From contig JAQFVV010000009.1 in assembly GCA_028023455.1 (NCBI GenBank), forward strand, positions 2,232,001 through 2,296,000: 64,000 nt of DNA, read 5' to 3'. Position 1 is the stretch's first letter; each line of letters begins with the position of its first letter. The notes beneath the pieces were generated by a model. The model was not told the DNA's origin. It did not search any database and saw only the letters and a program-made list of their open reading frames with translations. Source of the stretch: Epiperipatus broadwayi. Taxonomy: Eukaryota > Animalia > Onychophora. Made by a program: the position numbers and the translations under genes. This document shows positions 14,969 through 28,407 of the stretch, one piece after another.

Positions 14969-17900
14969 CTCTAAATTTTTTAATCAGATTTTTTGGACTG
15001 CATTTTTTTTTGTAATAAAATTTTTATTATAACAATATGCACCACAGTTATTAATAAAATTATTTCTAAACTTTGTATGAACTTCAATGATATCAACAAT
15101 TAAGTTATTATCCTAATCTATAATTAAGTTCATTTTTAGAATATTATTTTTTGTTTTTGGGTGTGTGTGTAGTGAGCTATAGTTACCTGTCATTGAGATC
15201 AAATTTGTTGATTAAGCAAAGCTTCTGTGTGTTTTTAAATATTATGAATGCATTTAAGCAGCCTTTATTATCTCATTGTTCAATTAAGAAATATTATAAT
15301 AGATAAATTCTGATATGTGAGGTATGAAAGGTATAAAGCTTGCAGTATTAGTTTTAGGGAATTCCCCTTTAATTAGCTGTATCAAGACTTAATCATAAAT
15401 CAGAGAAGCTTTGAATCTTATTTATATTAAGCAGATTTTAATAATGTTAGTGAAAGATGAAATAATCCAATTATTTATAGCTAACAAATGCATATAATTA
15501 TATATAGACAGGAATTGTGATCAATTGTATATTTAAAAAAAATCTTATCATTAATATTTATAGACAGCAGAAGCTTTCTTATTTGCTGTCTCAAAAGTAT
15601 TCTGATTTACCTAGTTTATTGGGGGGGGGGGGGATAGTAAACAATAATTTTTAAAAATTAGAAAAAAGTAAAATTTTAATTATCTAATTCACATTACAAT
15701 GGTTCTTCAGTGCTGCAATGATTGCAAAATGTCACAAGCATCACAATGACAGCTTTCTACAGAAAAAATTAAATTAGAAATTATAATTTAATATCATTTA
15801 GGTATTATATTTTTTGCATTTTATTAAAAGCAATTTTCATTGCATTCAAGAAGTAAGAAAAAAAGGTCAATAACTTTATATATTTTTTAACATGATACAT
15901 ACTAATTTTTAAAAATATTATGGATGATAATATTAATATGAAATATATATTTTTAATTATTTACTACCTTCTTTTTTTAAATCAAAGTTATTATTATTTA
16001 TAAAAAATGTATTTTAGTCATTTGTACAGTGCTTTATTTATTTATTTATTTTGTTAATTAGTTTTATCTACATTTTAATATAGATAAGTAATTTTTTTAA
16101 TATTTGTATTGTTAGAAAATAAACACACACACACACATTTATTAAAAACTATGCAGTAGTTCATAGTATTCTATTTTTTATTAATTATTTTTATTATTAT
16201 TTTAATATTTATATGTAATTTCAAAATTAAAATGTGTTATAGGTATATGGCTATATGGTTTTTATTATACATATATATATAATTTCTAGTTTCTTGTCTA
16301 ATTGATCAAATACTGTTAATACACTTTTAGCTATAAACTGGAAATTACATATAATATAGGGAAAGTTTTGTTTTTAATTTTATATATATATATATGTGTG
16401 TGTACATTGCTTTTGATAGCCATGAATCCATATTACCTGTTAGAATAAAATATCATGGGTGAAGTTAATACTCTATATTATTATTATGAACAGAGTTGTT
16501 TTAATGTCCTCTATTAACTCATTATTTAATTAAGATTTAAAATATAATATGCAACAATCAAATTCTGAATCATAAATTATGATAATACAAGATTTACAAG
16601 ACTAGTTTCAAGGGATCCCTTTTCATCAGTTGTGCCAAGCTCTGAATATCACTATCTAGAAATCAGAATAAACTTTAGTCTTACTTATATTAAACAAATT
16701 TTATTTGCTTTATTTTAATGTTTGAAAGATGAAATACAATCACATATACTATATATAATTATATTCTGGATTGGCAAGAATTATAATTAATTAATTTTTT
16801 TACAGATTTTATTATCAGTATATATATATATATTAAAACCAAGATGTTCATAGGCAACAGATATAAAAGATATATTATTCAAGTTCATTTATATAATGTA
16901 TGAATCCAGACAATATATATATTAACAACTAAAAATAGACACTTTCTTTTCATATATATATATAAGAAAAGAAAGTGTTAAATATCTGATTCATCTATAC
17001 ATAATTTATAGGACTATAATGGTAACAATAGTACTGTTGATTATACACTGATGAATTATTTATTTTATGAAAGTAAGCAATATATAAATATATTGTATTT
17101 ACATAGAATTAGAAACTTAATTAATATTCCATTTTATATATACCTCGCCAATATTTCTGAAGTAGATCCTGTTTCATTACCTTCAAATTTAAATTAATCA
17201 TAACAGTTTTTTTTATAGTCTAAGTAAATTTTTCAATTCATATTATTTACAGAACACTTGGGAAGACAAAAATGATGTCATTTCATATTATAACTAATTC
17301 TAAAATTGTACAATATTTTAATCTTTTTATCTGTATCAGATAAAGTAATTAATCAGTATAATACTATAACCAAGTTGTAGTATTGATCATCATTGGTAAT
17401 AATTTTCTATTGATTTTCATGTCATAACACAACACTAACCTCAATTTTAAAGGTAATTATAATCTTGAATGAATCTTTACATCATTAAGGTACATAATTC
17501 TGAAATGAAAATAAATTCAAATCAGATCATGAAAAATGAACATATTTAAAGCAAATTCAGGATCAACTAATTAACTTAGATAAGATTTTTTTTTCTTGTA
17601 AAGCAAACATAAAAAAAACAGCCAAAGTATACACATTTTCACATCATTTTTTCCATCTATAATGAATGTCTAACTACAGTACAATCTTTTGCCAACTTTT
17701 TTTTTTAAAAAAAGGGAAATTCTGAGCCACATAATTATCCATGCCTACAAACATCGCAAAGCTTTTGCTTCCTATTTGGACATACTTCTAAATAGTAAAA
17801 ATAACTGATATCAATACTCTTTTTTGTTTCATCTTTAGTTTATTCTTTTATACTAACTACTATTTTTGATTATTTTAATTATTAACTCAGTGTTAAAAAA

Positions 17901-18683
17901 GCCTCACTATTCTACCCTTATCAAAGCCATTAATTTCTTTAATAAAAGAATATATTTTTTAGAGTTTTTTCACATTATCTAGAATTTTTGAACAAAGCAG
18001 AACCCATCACAAACATTAATTTTGGAACTTTTCAAAATCACCAACAATTTTTTTTAAATTTCATATAAAATTATCTTTAACAAAAAAATTATGACTATAA
18101 AGTCAACCTCATTGGCACATATAATAAATTTATGAAGAATCTATAACCAGTCACTCAGTATCACGTGATATGTAATTTGTATATTTGCATAAAATTGGTT
18201 TAAAAGAATTTTTAACATAATAATTTATATAAATGAAATTAATTTTTTTTTTATTGGGTATGTGGTAATGGAGAATGAATTTGTCACCTAGTAAAGCCCT
18301 TAGTGACATTTTCTATTTTTATTAGTGATGCTTCTTTTGTATCTTAACAAAGTTTATCTCCCACAATGCAAATGTCTCAGTTGTGACCTCAAATATTGAA
18401 CCACATTCTACACAAAGTATAATATCTTTTGAGCACTAAAATTGCAAACATCTCTACAATGTTCAAAAAGTCAATTTTTCAGCAAGTATTAACTCCATCA
18501 TTTCTAATTTCAGCAACCATTTCATTGACATCATGGATATTTTTAGTTAATAGCCTATACTATATAGTTTTTAATATAATGGCTGAGTTTATTTTCATAG
18601 CTTTGAGCTTTTATGAAATATTAACACTGGTGTTGGTGATTCAGATTGTAAAAGTAATTATCATTTTTCATTTTTGACTTCAG

Positions 18684-18712
18684 GATTCATGAAATTGGCT
18701 GCAAATGTTGCA
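18684..18712 (+). CDS. 29-nt coding microexon (phase 1-0) of gene A: (G)FMKLAANVA
   Basis: Acceptor tttttgacttcag; donor GCA|gtaggg is weak, but the phase matches both neighbours. Confidence 0.6.
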
Positions 18713-20084
18713 GTAGGGAATATTGGAATATGTTTTCAGAAAGAATACAAATATAATTTAATGGAATTGAAAATGAAATTTGTGTATAAATACAAGAATC
18801 TAGTGTGCAGCTAATTTTTCAACTTCACTTGAAATCTTTTCAAAATATTTTTACCAGTGTGTTCAAATTACAATATATACATTTTTTTAAATGCTATGTT
18901 GGTAGTAAACGTTTTTTATCTTTTAATTATTTGTATTTAATTTCATGAAAGAGCAATTGGTTTTCTTGATAATCATAAGAGATATATTATTCCATTTTCA
19001 ATAAGTATTGCTTTAGCAGTATTGGTTTTAGATTTTCTACTTGCATATCTAATTGACAGGAGAAAAAATCAGCAACAAGGTTGACAAAAATGTTTAAATC
19101 TTCTTAGTTTTAATAAGAGAGCTAAAATTTGCCCCATATCTGGGGGGAAAAGACCTTAATTTTAAAAAAATCCACACCCAAAGTTAGTCTTCTGAACCTG
19201 GGATTTGATAATATAAATATTAGGTATTAAACTAATGAGTTTCATTTTCTAATAATACCTTACTTCAGGAAAAAAATACTTCAAGATTAATTATATTTCC
19301 GTTGGTGATGGAGTTAGTTTTGCATATTTTTTTAAAAAGAATAACTGAAGAGAAATAAAGTGTCAATAGAAAATTTTCATTTGCTGATTTAATTTTAACA
19401 CTTTTAATTAATTAAAAGTTTGAAACTATAAACAATTGACCTTGCCTGTTCAGAGGCTTTTACAATCTATATAAAAAATAATCTTTCTTCTTTGAATATA
19501 TCTTGCCCCAAGAATGAACAACATATGCCAAAGTCAGTTCATTAAAACCCTAATTATAAAAATAAAAAGTAAAGCTTGATCTTGTAAAATAATATGGTAA
19601 TAATAATAAAAATTATTATCATTTAGAAAAAAAAAATTATAATAATTCAAATTCATTGAGTTAATTTTTTAAAAAAAGTTTCATGTTTATTCTGTAAATA
19701 GACATTTCACAAGACTAATTTTGATGACTAGGTTGGAATGAGTCGATAATTGTTTTAACTTTCATTTTATAATTATTAGCGCTTTGTAAGACTTGCAGTT
19801 TTTTTCCTTTATTAAAATTATTTAAATCAATGAAATTGCTTTAAAAAAAAAAGTCAAAACAAAATGAGATCATATCTGATTGATTCAAATTTGTAAAATG
19901 TTCACCTTAATTCTGAATACTAAAAATGTGGTAAAAACAGAATGAACTTAGAAGTTTCATAAAAGCAAATAATATTTAATTATTATTTTTTCAATAGTAT
20001 ATTATTATATTACCAGATATCAGGCCTTGTAAAGTCCATTGTTTTTTTTAATTGTTTGCTTTAAATAATTTTTTTAAAGATTTA

Positions 20085-20181
20085 ATATATGAATTTTTCT
20101 ACAGTACAGGCTTTTTTTTCATACCTGCACTCCAATGTGTAATATATAGGGGTTTGAACTCAGACTTTCACACAACCTTCA
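20085..20181 (-). mobile_element. Truncated PLE pLTR fragment (family 2, terminal part only)
   Basis: Near-identical to 10915-11010 (acagtacaggctt...gggtttgaactcagactttcaca). Confidence 0.7.
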
Positions 20182-20469
20182 ACTTTAATGTAAATTAAAC
20201 AAAAGTTTTAATATGTAAGAATTGTACACTGATCAGATAGGCAATCATTTTGACTTCAATTTTACTCTAACCAAAAATAAATGTAAATACGGTATTATAG
20301 CATCTATTTCTCCCCCTCATTAAATATCACATTTCAAACATGAATTTATGTACTGTAATCACATTTAGTTCATGATTTAAATATTATAATTCTGTAGTTT
20401 TCTGAGTGGAATTACTTCCTTCGTATAAATGTAGTAATGGTGAATTTGACACCTGACATCGAACAAACA

Positions 20470-21240
20470 TTCATACATTCACCAATCTGACAATAAAGAA
20501 ATAGGGATTTTATATATTTTAATGAAAAAAAAACCATTAAATATTGTTTCTATATCATTCTGTATTTTGTACAAAAATTGAATAGTAATGCAAAAGTTAT
20601 ATGATGCTTGGATTGTAAAATGTTTGCTATCCCTATCATATGCCACAAATTCCCAGTTGTATCTCTTGTTCCTCAAGAGTTCAAACTGTTCATTGATTTT
20701 TAAACCATATTCATGCTTTTGACATAATTCTATTAGCACATGTGGTTGAAATTCTTAAGATGACCACATCAAATTTTTTTTTAATGGATCATACATGGGA
20801 ACGAAAGTCTAGGAATTTTATTGTTTTTTTTTTACTGCAAACATCAACTAATTCATTCTTGTTATTATCAATTCCATAATTTTGGGTAAATCCAATTGAA
20901 ATATTTCCTGAACATTTTTGGACATAATTTTATCTATTGTTTTTAGTAATGTCTTTTTTCATTGTTGCACAGCCTATTTTTGTCTTTTCCACCAAACTTT
21001 TTTTTATCATTTAACAAGAATAGTTTATTATATGTATTATAAAACTCATTTATATATTTTTTTCCAGCTCATCCATCTTCTTATTAATAACTTAGCATTT
21101 TTATCTTCATTCAGTGCTTCTCTCTCAATGCAACATTTTTCATCCAACCTGTTTTATTCTTCTTTACACCAATTTTTATTTTGTTTATACATTTTTTCAA
21201 TCTTTATTTTTTAATTACTTTACTCTGATTTAATTTTCTT
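20470..21240 (-). mobile_element. Decayed RTE-type LINE fragment
   Basis: DKNAKLLI..W..WKKYINEFY (cf. DKNGKLL..RWKEYIEELY) and an HFTIQAS..KIQNDIE pre-RT-like segment. Confidence 0.35.
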
Positions 21241-21913
21241 CAATATTTATATTTTTTTATTTCTTCTCAACCATTTAATTTATTATTTCGTTATTCTTCT
21301 GTCATTTTTTATTTTGTTATTCTTCTGTCATTTTTAGAATGTAGTACATTGCCCAATTAATGGAAATGTATAATGATAATTGTGCCTACAATTTCACATG
21401 TTTTGGGGTCCCCATAAAGTTTTATATATTATTCTTAATGGCTAATTGTTGAGTGATGTAATGATAACAATATTATAAGTTTCAAGTTGTGTCTACTGAG
21501 AGTGAAGCCTTTTTAATAGTATTGTTAGTTCTTCAGACTTGTGAAATATTGAGTGATCATCAAAATAATGTATATTAGATTGCAGGATTTAATTACTAAA
21601 TATTTAAATATGTCAAAAAATAAGCAAAATGTGATATTTTATTTTTCCTAAATAAAGATTTTTAATATGTATACATATTAAAATTGGAAGTCATAGAATT
21701 GCTGAGGATCCATGTGTATAAATAATATTTGTTTCTGAATCTAAAAAGCAGAAATATCTAATGAGTTCCATAATTATTTTCTAGTTTTTCTAAATATGGA
21801 ACTTTTTATTTTAAAAAATGTGATAGCATTTATTAATTTTTTTAAATATAAAATTTAATTTTATTTATGAAATACTAAATTTATTTTTTTTATTGTTAAA
21901 GGCTTCATTTCAG

Positions 21914-22045
21914 AGTCATTTTGCAAAAAAAGCGCTCATCCAGGAATATCCTACTGGAGATATTCAAACTATTACGGGAGAGATTATTCCAGTGGATAGC
22001 CAACGGACAGAATTTGAAGGAGATGAAGCAAGAATACCATTATGA
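21914..22045 (+). CDS. Terminal coding exon of gene A: SHFAKKALIQEYPTGDIQTITGEIIPVDSQRTEFEGDEARIPL*
   Basis: Acceptor cttcatttcag; 43 codons with GC at positions 1-2 and mostly A/T at position 3; TGA at 22043-22045; AT-rich 3'UTR follows. Protein family not recognised. Confidence 0.8.
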   Translation, partial: SHFAKKALIQEYPTGDIQTITGEIIPVDSQRTEFEGDEARIPL

Positions 22046-22323
22046 TGTTGTGTTTTGTTTTAAAAAAAATTATTTGAACAAAATTTTGAAAGCAATAACT
22101 ATTTTTATATTTATATATAAAAAGAAGAAAAAAAATTTTTTTTTGTTATTTTGTTTTGTCATGATCTGTGTTGAAAGTTAACAAAAAAAGAATAATCATG
22201 TTTTTTGTAGAAATCTCACATTCTGTAGTAACATATAACTATTTTAAGTAATATATTTTTTTTTTACTGATTAAAATAACATTTTATTTTACATAAATAT
22301 TATTTTTTTACTACATGATGGTG

Positions 22324-22335
22324 AATAAAAATAAA
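22324..22335 (+). terminator. Candidate polyadenylation signals (AATAAA x2) for gene A
   Basis: aataaaaataaa ~280 nt after the stop; further AATAAA near 22405-22426. Confidence 0.4.
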
Positions 22336-22602
22336 AATTCTATTTATCATAATTTAAGATCTCATTAGTCGTTTCATTTCATTCCTAATATTGTTATACA
22401 TTTAAATAAAACCATTATTAAATAAAAGCCAAGATTAATTTATATGCCATATTTACTACAATGTTTTTCAATTGAGTGCACTGACATGTTCTTCTGTGCT
22501 TTACAAATATATATACATTTATATATAATAAAATATAAAGTAAAAATATCCTATAGAATTTAAGTTAAATATATTTCCAATGCTATGCATTAAAATCATA
22601 GC

Positions 22603-23420
<818 letters not shown>

Positions 23421-24007
23421 AGTCATGTGTGTGTGAAGAAAGTCCAATGTTGATGAATCATATTTTTGAATGGTAATATAATGTGTCTTTTGTTTTTTCT
23501 TTTTTGATCATCACTTTCCCAGCAAAAAATTTTGACATTTGGACTACTAAAGGTATGCCTGTTGTCATTATGTAATCATGAAATACAGAATTATAATTAT
23601 GTTTGCTTTTAATCTTCTATATAATTGCATATGTTCTGTAATATACAAAGCTCTTTTCATGTAAAGGCAATCTTGATACTGTGAAAGAATTTCTCTGGAA
23701 GAGCTGGTTGATTGGTTATTTTAGCATGATATCAAATTTGATGATTGTGTTACCGGCAAATTAATTAGCTAGTATATTTGAACTTTGTTAAAGAATAATT
23801 AACTTATATTATTACCACTTTAGCATTATATATATATTTGATTTATGATATCGTGCACTATTAATTAATATTTAAGATAATAATAGATAATTGTTTTCTA
23901 CTCTTCATTTAAGTTAATTTGCTGCTTAATATTTATATATAAAAAAAGTGTATTGTGATCTTGTCTTACAGATTTATATGAAAATGCTTTATATATTACA
24001 ATAAATA

Positions 24008-24541
24008 CTAATACTTTTAAGACAGGCTTTAACCTGTATCAAATGTGCATTGAAATTTATAATAATCAAGTAATATCTTTATTTTGCCAATAGAGGGACT
24101 TCTCAAACCAAGATACAAGATAGTGACTTTTATAAAGAGTGGTCATCTTATCTTTAACCTAACTTTCTACTTATATACGCCAATCTGAAGTATCTTGATT
24201 TGGGAGTATGAAACTCTTGTTCTCTCCACTGTTTAAGTCCACTATTTCCTATACAAATTAACATTTGTGTAATCTTGCAATTTACAATGAGTTAATATTA
24301 CGATCTTTATGTTGGAAATATATAAACTATTGTAAAGTTGTAATTATTTATTAAGCACACAGGAAGTATATGTAATGCACCTTGAAATTTATAATAGTCA
24401 AGCAATATCTTTATTTTGCCGATAGAAGGACCTTGTTTGATTATTATAAATTTCAAGTTGCATTTGATTCAGGTTAAAGCCTGTCTTAAAAGTATTTACA
24501 TATACTTCTTGTGTGCTTAATAAATAATTACAACTTTAAAT
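24008..24541. mobile_element. Interleaved inverted and direct repeat block, probable PLE pLTR footprint
   Basis: 24008-24069 inverted at 24437-24496; 24330-24376 inverted at 24497-24541; direct repeat 24051-24099 / 24382-24431; HHR-like CTGAAG...GAAACTCTTGTT at 24185-24221. Confidence 0.55.
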
Positions 24542-24960
24542 TACTAATAGTAGGCTTGTGAGCTAAAGAATAGTGTTGATAGTGCAAAATGACTGTACTA
24601 GGAGAGCTGATTGCTACTACATTTAGTATGTTGTTGAAGCTGGTAAGAATATATTATTAGTGAATTGATTGACTGCTTTGTCTAGTTGACTCATATTATC
24701 AGTTTAGTATTATGCACATTTGGTTTAATACATATTACCTACATATACACCAAATTTTCTTATTTCATCCCTTTCACATGTGTTTTTTTCAGTCCTTTGC
24801 AATCTCTTGGGATCCAATTTAAGATTTCAACTGTTCTTCCCTTATCATCTTCTTTAACAATATGCCCAGCACAGCTCCATTTTAGTCTGTTAATGCTTTC
24901 AATAATGTCAGTGATATCAATCTGTTATGTGACCTATATATTTAATTTTCATTCCCTTTT

Positions 24961-25718
24961 TGTTACTGTGGTGTTTTGTAAAATGGCAGACATGTTTGTG
25001 CACTCCAGAAAAAAACTAGAATTTATTCGTAAGGCTGTTTTTAGATCGCGCTCTGATAGCTGAGGAATTTAATTAGTGCATTGATGTAATGGCGATCGAC
25101 AATTCCTAGAAATATTTTCTAATTACAAATGTTTCTAGATAAGAGATGTTACCTTATTGGTCAGTGCATTGATTGATCATTGCAGTTGTCAGAGAGCGAT
25201 AAGAAGACTGGGTAACATCTAAGCAGTGTAACATAGAGAGCAGTCACACAGCAGCGAGTAGCAGACAGTATGGAGTGCATCTACAGTAGAGTTACTGTTC
25301 AATTCCAGTAGGAGATAGCTGATGGCAATCACAGTGCTTACTACGAAGAGTTTGTGTACAGCTACACTGGACTGGGGCTAAAGTAGGCCCATTGTGAACC
25401 GTTTTGTAGCAGCCAGCCTGAAAGAACATCGTGGGAATTGAACTTTAGCGAACTGTAGAAATAGATCGTTGCAGACCATTCATTTGGAGAGCATCCGCTT
25501 GCAGACCATTCATTGGAGAGCAGTCGGTGCAGACCATTCATTGGAGAGCATCCGTGGCAGAGCATTCAGTGCAGACCATTCGTTTGGAGAGCATCCATTG
25601 CAGAGAATACAGAGAATATTCAGAGCATTCATTGCAGACCATTCGTTGGAGAGCACACACAGTTGAACAGTAGCAAACATTATTGGATAGCCGCACCGTC
25701 GGACTGGCAGTTATAACA
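24961..25718 (+). mobile_element. 5' LTR of a gypsy-type LTR retrotransposon (internal region deleted)
   Basis: Termini TGTTA...TAACA; CpG-retaining and GC-richer than its surroundings; followed after 1 nt by a PBS; host RTE sequence resumes at ~25800. Confidence 0.75.
25470..25655 (+). repeat. Five copies of TGCAGACCATTC(A/G)T(T)TGGAGAGCA inside the LTR
   Basis: Repeats are separated by short, mutually related spacers. Confidence 0.9.
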
Positions 25719-25719
25719 T

Positions 25720-25734
25720 TGGCACAGTCGTAAG
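25720..25734 (+). promoter_or_regulatory. Primer-binding site, tRNA-Ser-like
   Basis: TGGCACAGTCG-TAAG versus TGGCGCAGTCGGTAGG (complement of the insect tRNA-Ser 3' end, from memory). Confidence 0.7.
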
Positions 25735-26128
25735 TGCAGATATAACAGTTACTCTTAACATAAATCTCTCCATACTTCATTGAGTAATTTGAACTATATA
25801 CTTTCTTCTGTTAAGTATCCAAGTCTCAAAGTAAGAAATGATAAAATACATTACAATCCTTTTCAAACATATAGGCATAATTCTTTTTTATGTTGTTATT
25901 TCTCCCAAAAGTGCTCCATTTAAGTTTAATTCTATGATTAATTTGATTCATTATCTTTCCATCTATATTAATAATGTAACCAAGGCATTTTTATTTGTTA
26001 ATTTCCAATTCATTATTATTAATCTTTTATTTTTTCCTGAGTTTGAACCTTACTTTAATATTTTGAGCATTTCATTACTTTAGTCTTTTTAGCATTTATC
26101 TTTAATCATACTTTCTTACTTTCATTTG

Positions 26129-26326
26129 ATATACAAAATTAACAAAGCATATGACACACTTGAATGAGAAGCTATAAAGATACACAGAAATTATTACATG
26201 CTAAGCACTTTCGAGGCCTTTTGCCTCCTATTCAAAGGCTTCGAAAGCGCTTAGCATGTAATAATTTCTGTGTATTTTTATAGCTTCTCATTCAAGTGTG
26301 TCATACGCTTTGTTAAATTTGTATAT
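26129..26326. mobile_element. 93-bp-arm hairpin insertion with 15-bp flanking direct repeats, probable PLE pLTR remnant
   Basis: Arms 26129-26221 and 26234-26326 with 5 mismatches; tactttcatttgata at 26117-26131 and 26366-26380; the centre carries HHR halves (GAGGC-AAAAG-GCCTC-GAAAG(T/C)GCTT). Confidence 0.7.
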
Positions 26327-26907
26327 TAAATTATCGAATGAGAAGTCTTAAAATCTTTAATATTTTACTTTCATTTGATAATTCTTGCAGAATTTCCTGA
26401 AGCACCAATTGCAAAATCATCCACATCATCTGCAAAATCTAAATGGACTTAAATAATCTTCACTTATTTTTACTCTCTTGTTTACCATTTTAATCCATAA
26501 AATACTTCTTATAAAACTATTGTAATAAGTTTTGGAGATATGAAATAATCACATCACAGATCCTTTTCAATGTTCATCTTCTTAGTATCATTATGTAATA
26601 TAATTATTGCTATTGCATTTTGATAAATATTGTTCAAAATCTGCCAGTATTGTAGATCTATTTTGATGATCTAATACTTCAATCACTACAGAAATGCTTG
26701 TAGAAACAAATGCTTTTTCATAATCTACAAATCTTAAGCATAATGACAATTCATATTCATTCGTCCTTTTTATAACTTCTCTCAATAATTGGATATGTTC
26801 CACTGTACTAAAACCACTTTTAAATCCAATTTGTTGTTTTGATCGGTTAAAAATCAAAAATTGGTCTAGACAAGTTGTAATTATCTTGGTAACAGTTTTG
26901 TATAAAC

Positions 26908-27348
26908 CAGGGGTGGTCAAATAGTGGCTTGCCAAATCCACTTTGAACTGAAATTTCCTTCCCATATGCGACTGAAGATTCAACTCATATTTTCCCCTAG
27001 GATGGCCAGGTCAATAACCATGTGCAGTGTAGATACAATGTGCAGTGCTTTTCTAGTTGATTTGGTTAATTTAAATTTGGTCTTTGCATTAGCAAATATA
27101 TACATTTCCAACTTTAGTGAAACTATGAACCTTCTGAAAAAATTAAAACTGATGATGAAGGTCGTGTGTTTAATGAAGAATGGACAAATAAATATTTTTT
27201 TGATTATACAGGGAATAAAGCAGTGTGTTTATTGTGTTATGGGAAAAACGTGCAACCCTTCACTAACTTTTGCTTCCACAAAGTGGCCCCTGATGTGGCC
27301 CTCCGCCAACCTCTGCAGCCCCCGAGCCAACACAATTGCCCACCACTG
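26908..27348 (+). mobile_element. Non-autonomous hAT (Buster/Charlie group) element, 441 bp
   Basis: TIRs caggggtggtcaa / ttgcccaccactg; 8-bp TSD gtataaac / atataaac (nnnTAnnn); internal transposase N-terminus DDEGRVFNEEWTNKYFF...AVCLLC (GTF2IRD2/Charlie-like). Confidence 0.92.
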
Positions 27349-27779
27349 ATATAAACTGATAGATATGTAATTTCTTTATTATCTTTCTTCAACATCAATA
27401 TTATTACTAAATTCTTATTTAAATAAAATTAAATTTTTCAAAAGACATTCAATACTCATATTAGATTATGAAAATATTCCCAACATATAAATACAACTAA
27501 AACACTATCACCACAAACCTTTAGGAAAATATTTAATACATCTTGGAATTCTCTTGAAGGGTTGTGATGATGGTGTTCTAGCTGTATTTTTATATTGGAC
27601 TATTACCATCATATAATATGCATAATGAATGTCTTTAGAAAAAATTAACTTTATTTAAATATTTAAAATACATTCAACTGTTAGTAATAGCACATCAAAC
27701 AGGTTAGTATATGTACAATGTTTTGAGAGGTATTTATTCTTCCCTCTTCGGGGGTTGCTGGCCTGACCAGTGACAGTAC

Positions 27780-27860
27780 TAGCATGGGATTCGAACCTTG
27801 ACCCTTAGGTTCTTGAGTACTGAATTTTAAGGCAATGCTCTAACCAACTGAGCCAGCCAA
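27780..27860 (-). promoter_or_regulatory. tRNA-Lys-like Pol III promoter (A and B box) in PLE-A pLTR, left copy
   Basis: Minus strand: TGGCTCAGTTGGTTAGAGC...GGTTCGAATCC. Confidence 0.8.
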
Positions 27861-28407
27861 TAGTCTAGAAATTTCATATACTTATCTATGAGGTCCTCCT
27901 GATTTCTTCACTTTTTTCTAAGAACAAAATTGATTAGTGGTTTTCATACATTATGTATATTCACACTAGGTTGGCTTATGGAATTTTTTGCCATTATTAT
28001 GTGAGCAGCTTCTTTAAATTTTTTTGTATCTTTTCTTCTCTAACCAATATCTTTATATTTTCCCAATTGAACATATGTGCATTGGCATATACTTGGTCTG
28101 CTATAGACACATCTATTTTCTCTCTTCTAATCATCAGTTTATGTTCTTGCAATCACTTTTCAATGGCTTTTTCCACATTTATATGGTATTTCATAGATGC
28201 AGTTTTTTCTTTTCAGCATTTCAAGTTTAGGCTTTGTAGATGTTAAAATTCCTCATAGGGTGGTATGGCTCTGGAAAGCTGTTCTGGCATTATACTGATT
28301 GTAGATTTTTCTTAATTTGTCTGCTATTTTTGGAATGTATGGGCACTCTACAGTACCAATAATTGTCTTTTCGCTTGATAGTTCTTTTTGTTGACTATAA
28401 ACATTTT

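Larger units (their letters stand above)
24700..27410 (-). mobile_element. Decayed RTE-type LINE (RT and 3' region) interrupted by three later insertions
   Basis: QIGFKSGFSTVEHI..LREVIKRTNEYELSLCLRFVDYEKAF (ORF 26591..26983) and RIKLKWSTFGR near 25900-25935. The frame resumes across the hAT MITE (IILMLKKDNKE...YKTVTKIITT). Confidence 0.85.

Noticed and set aside
17144-17180. Possible minus-strand 37-nt exon (VMKQDLLQKYWR)
   Set aside because: Poor polypyrimidine tract, antisense within the gene A intron, and no partner exons found.
25470-25655. CRISPR-like repeat array
   Set aside because: Eukaryotic context, short related spacers, no cas genes, and it lies inside an LTR.
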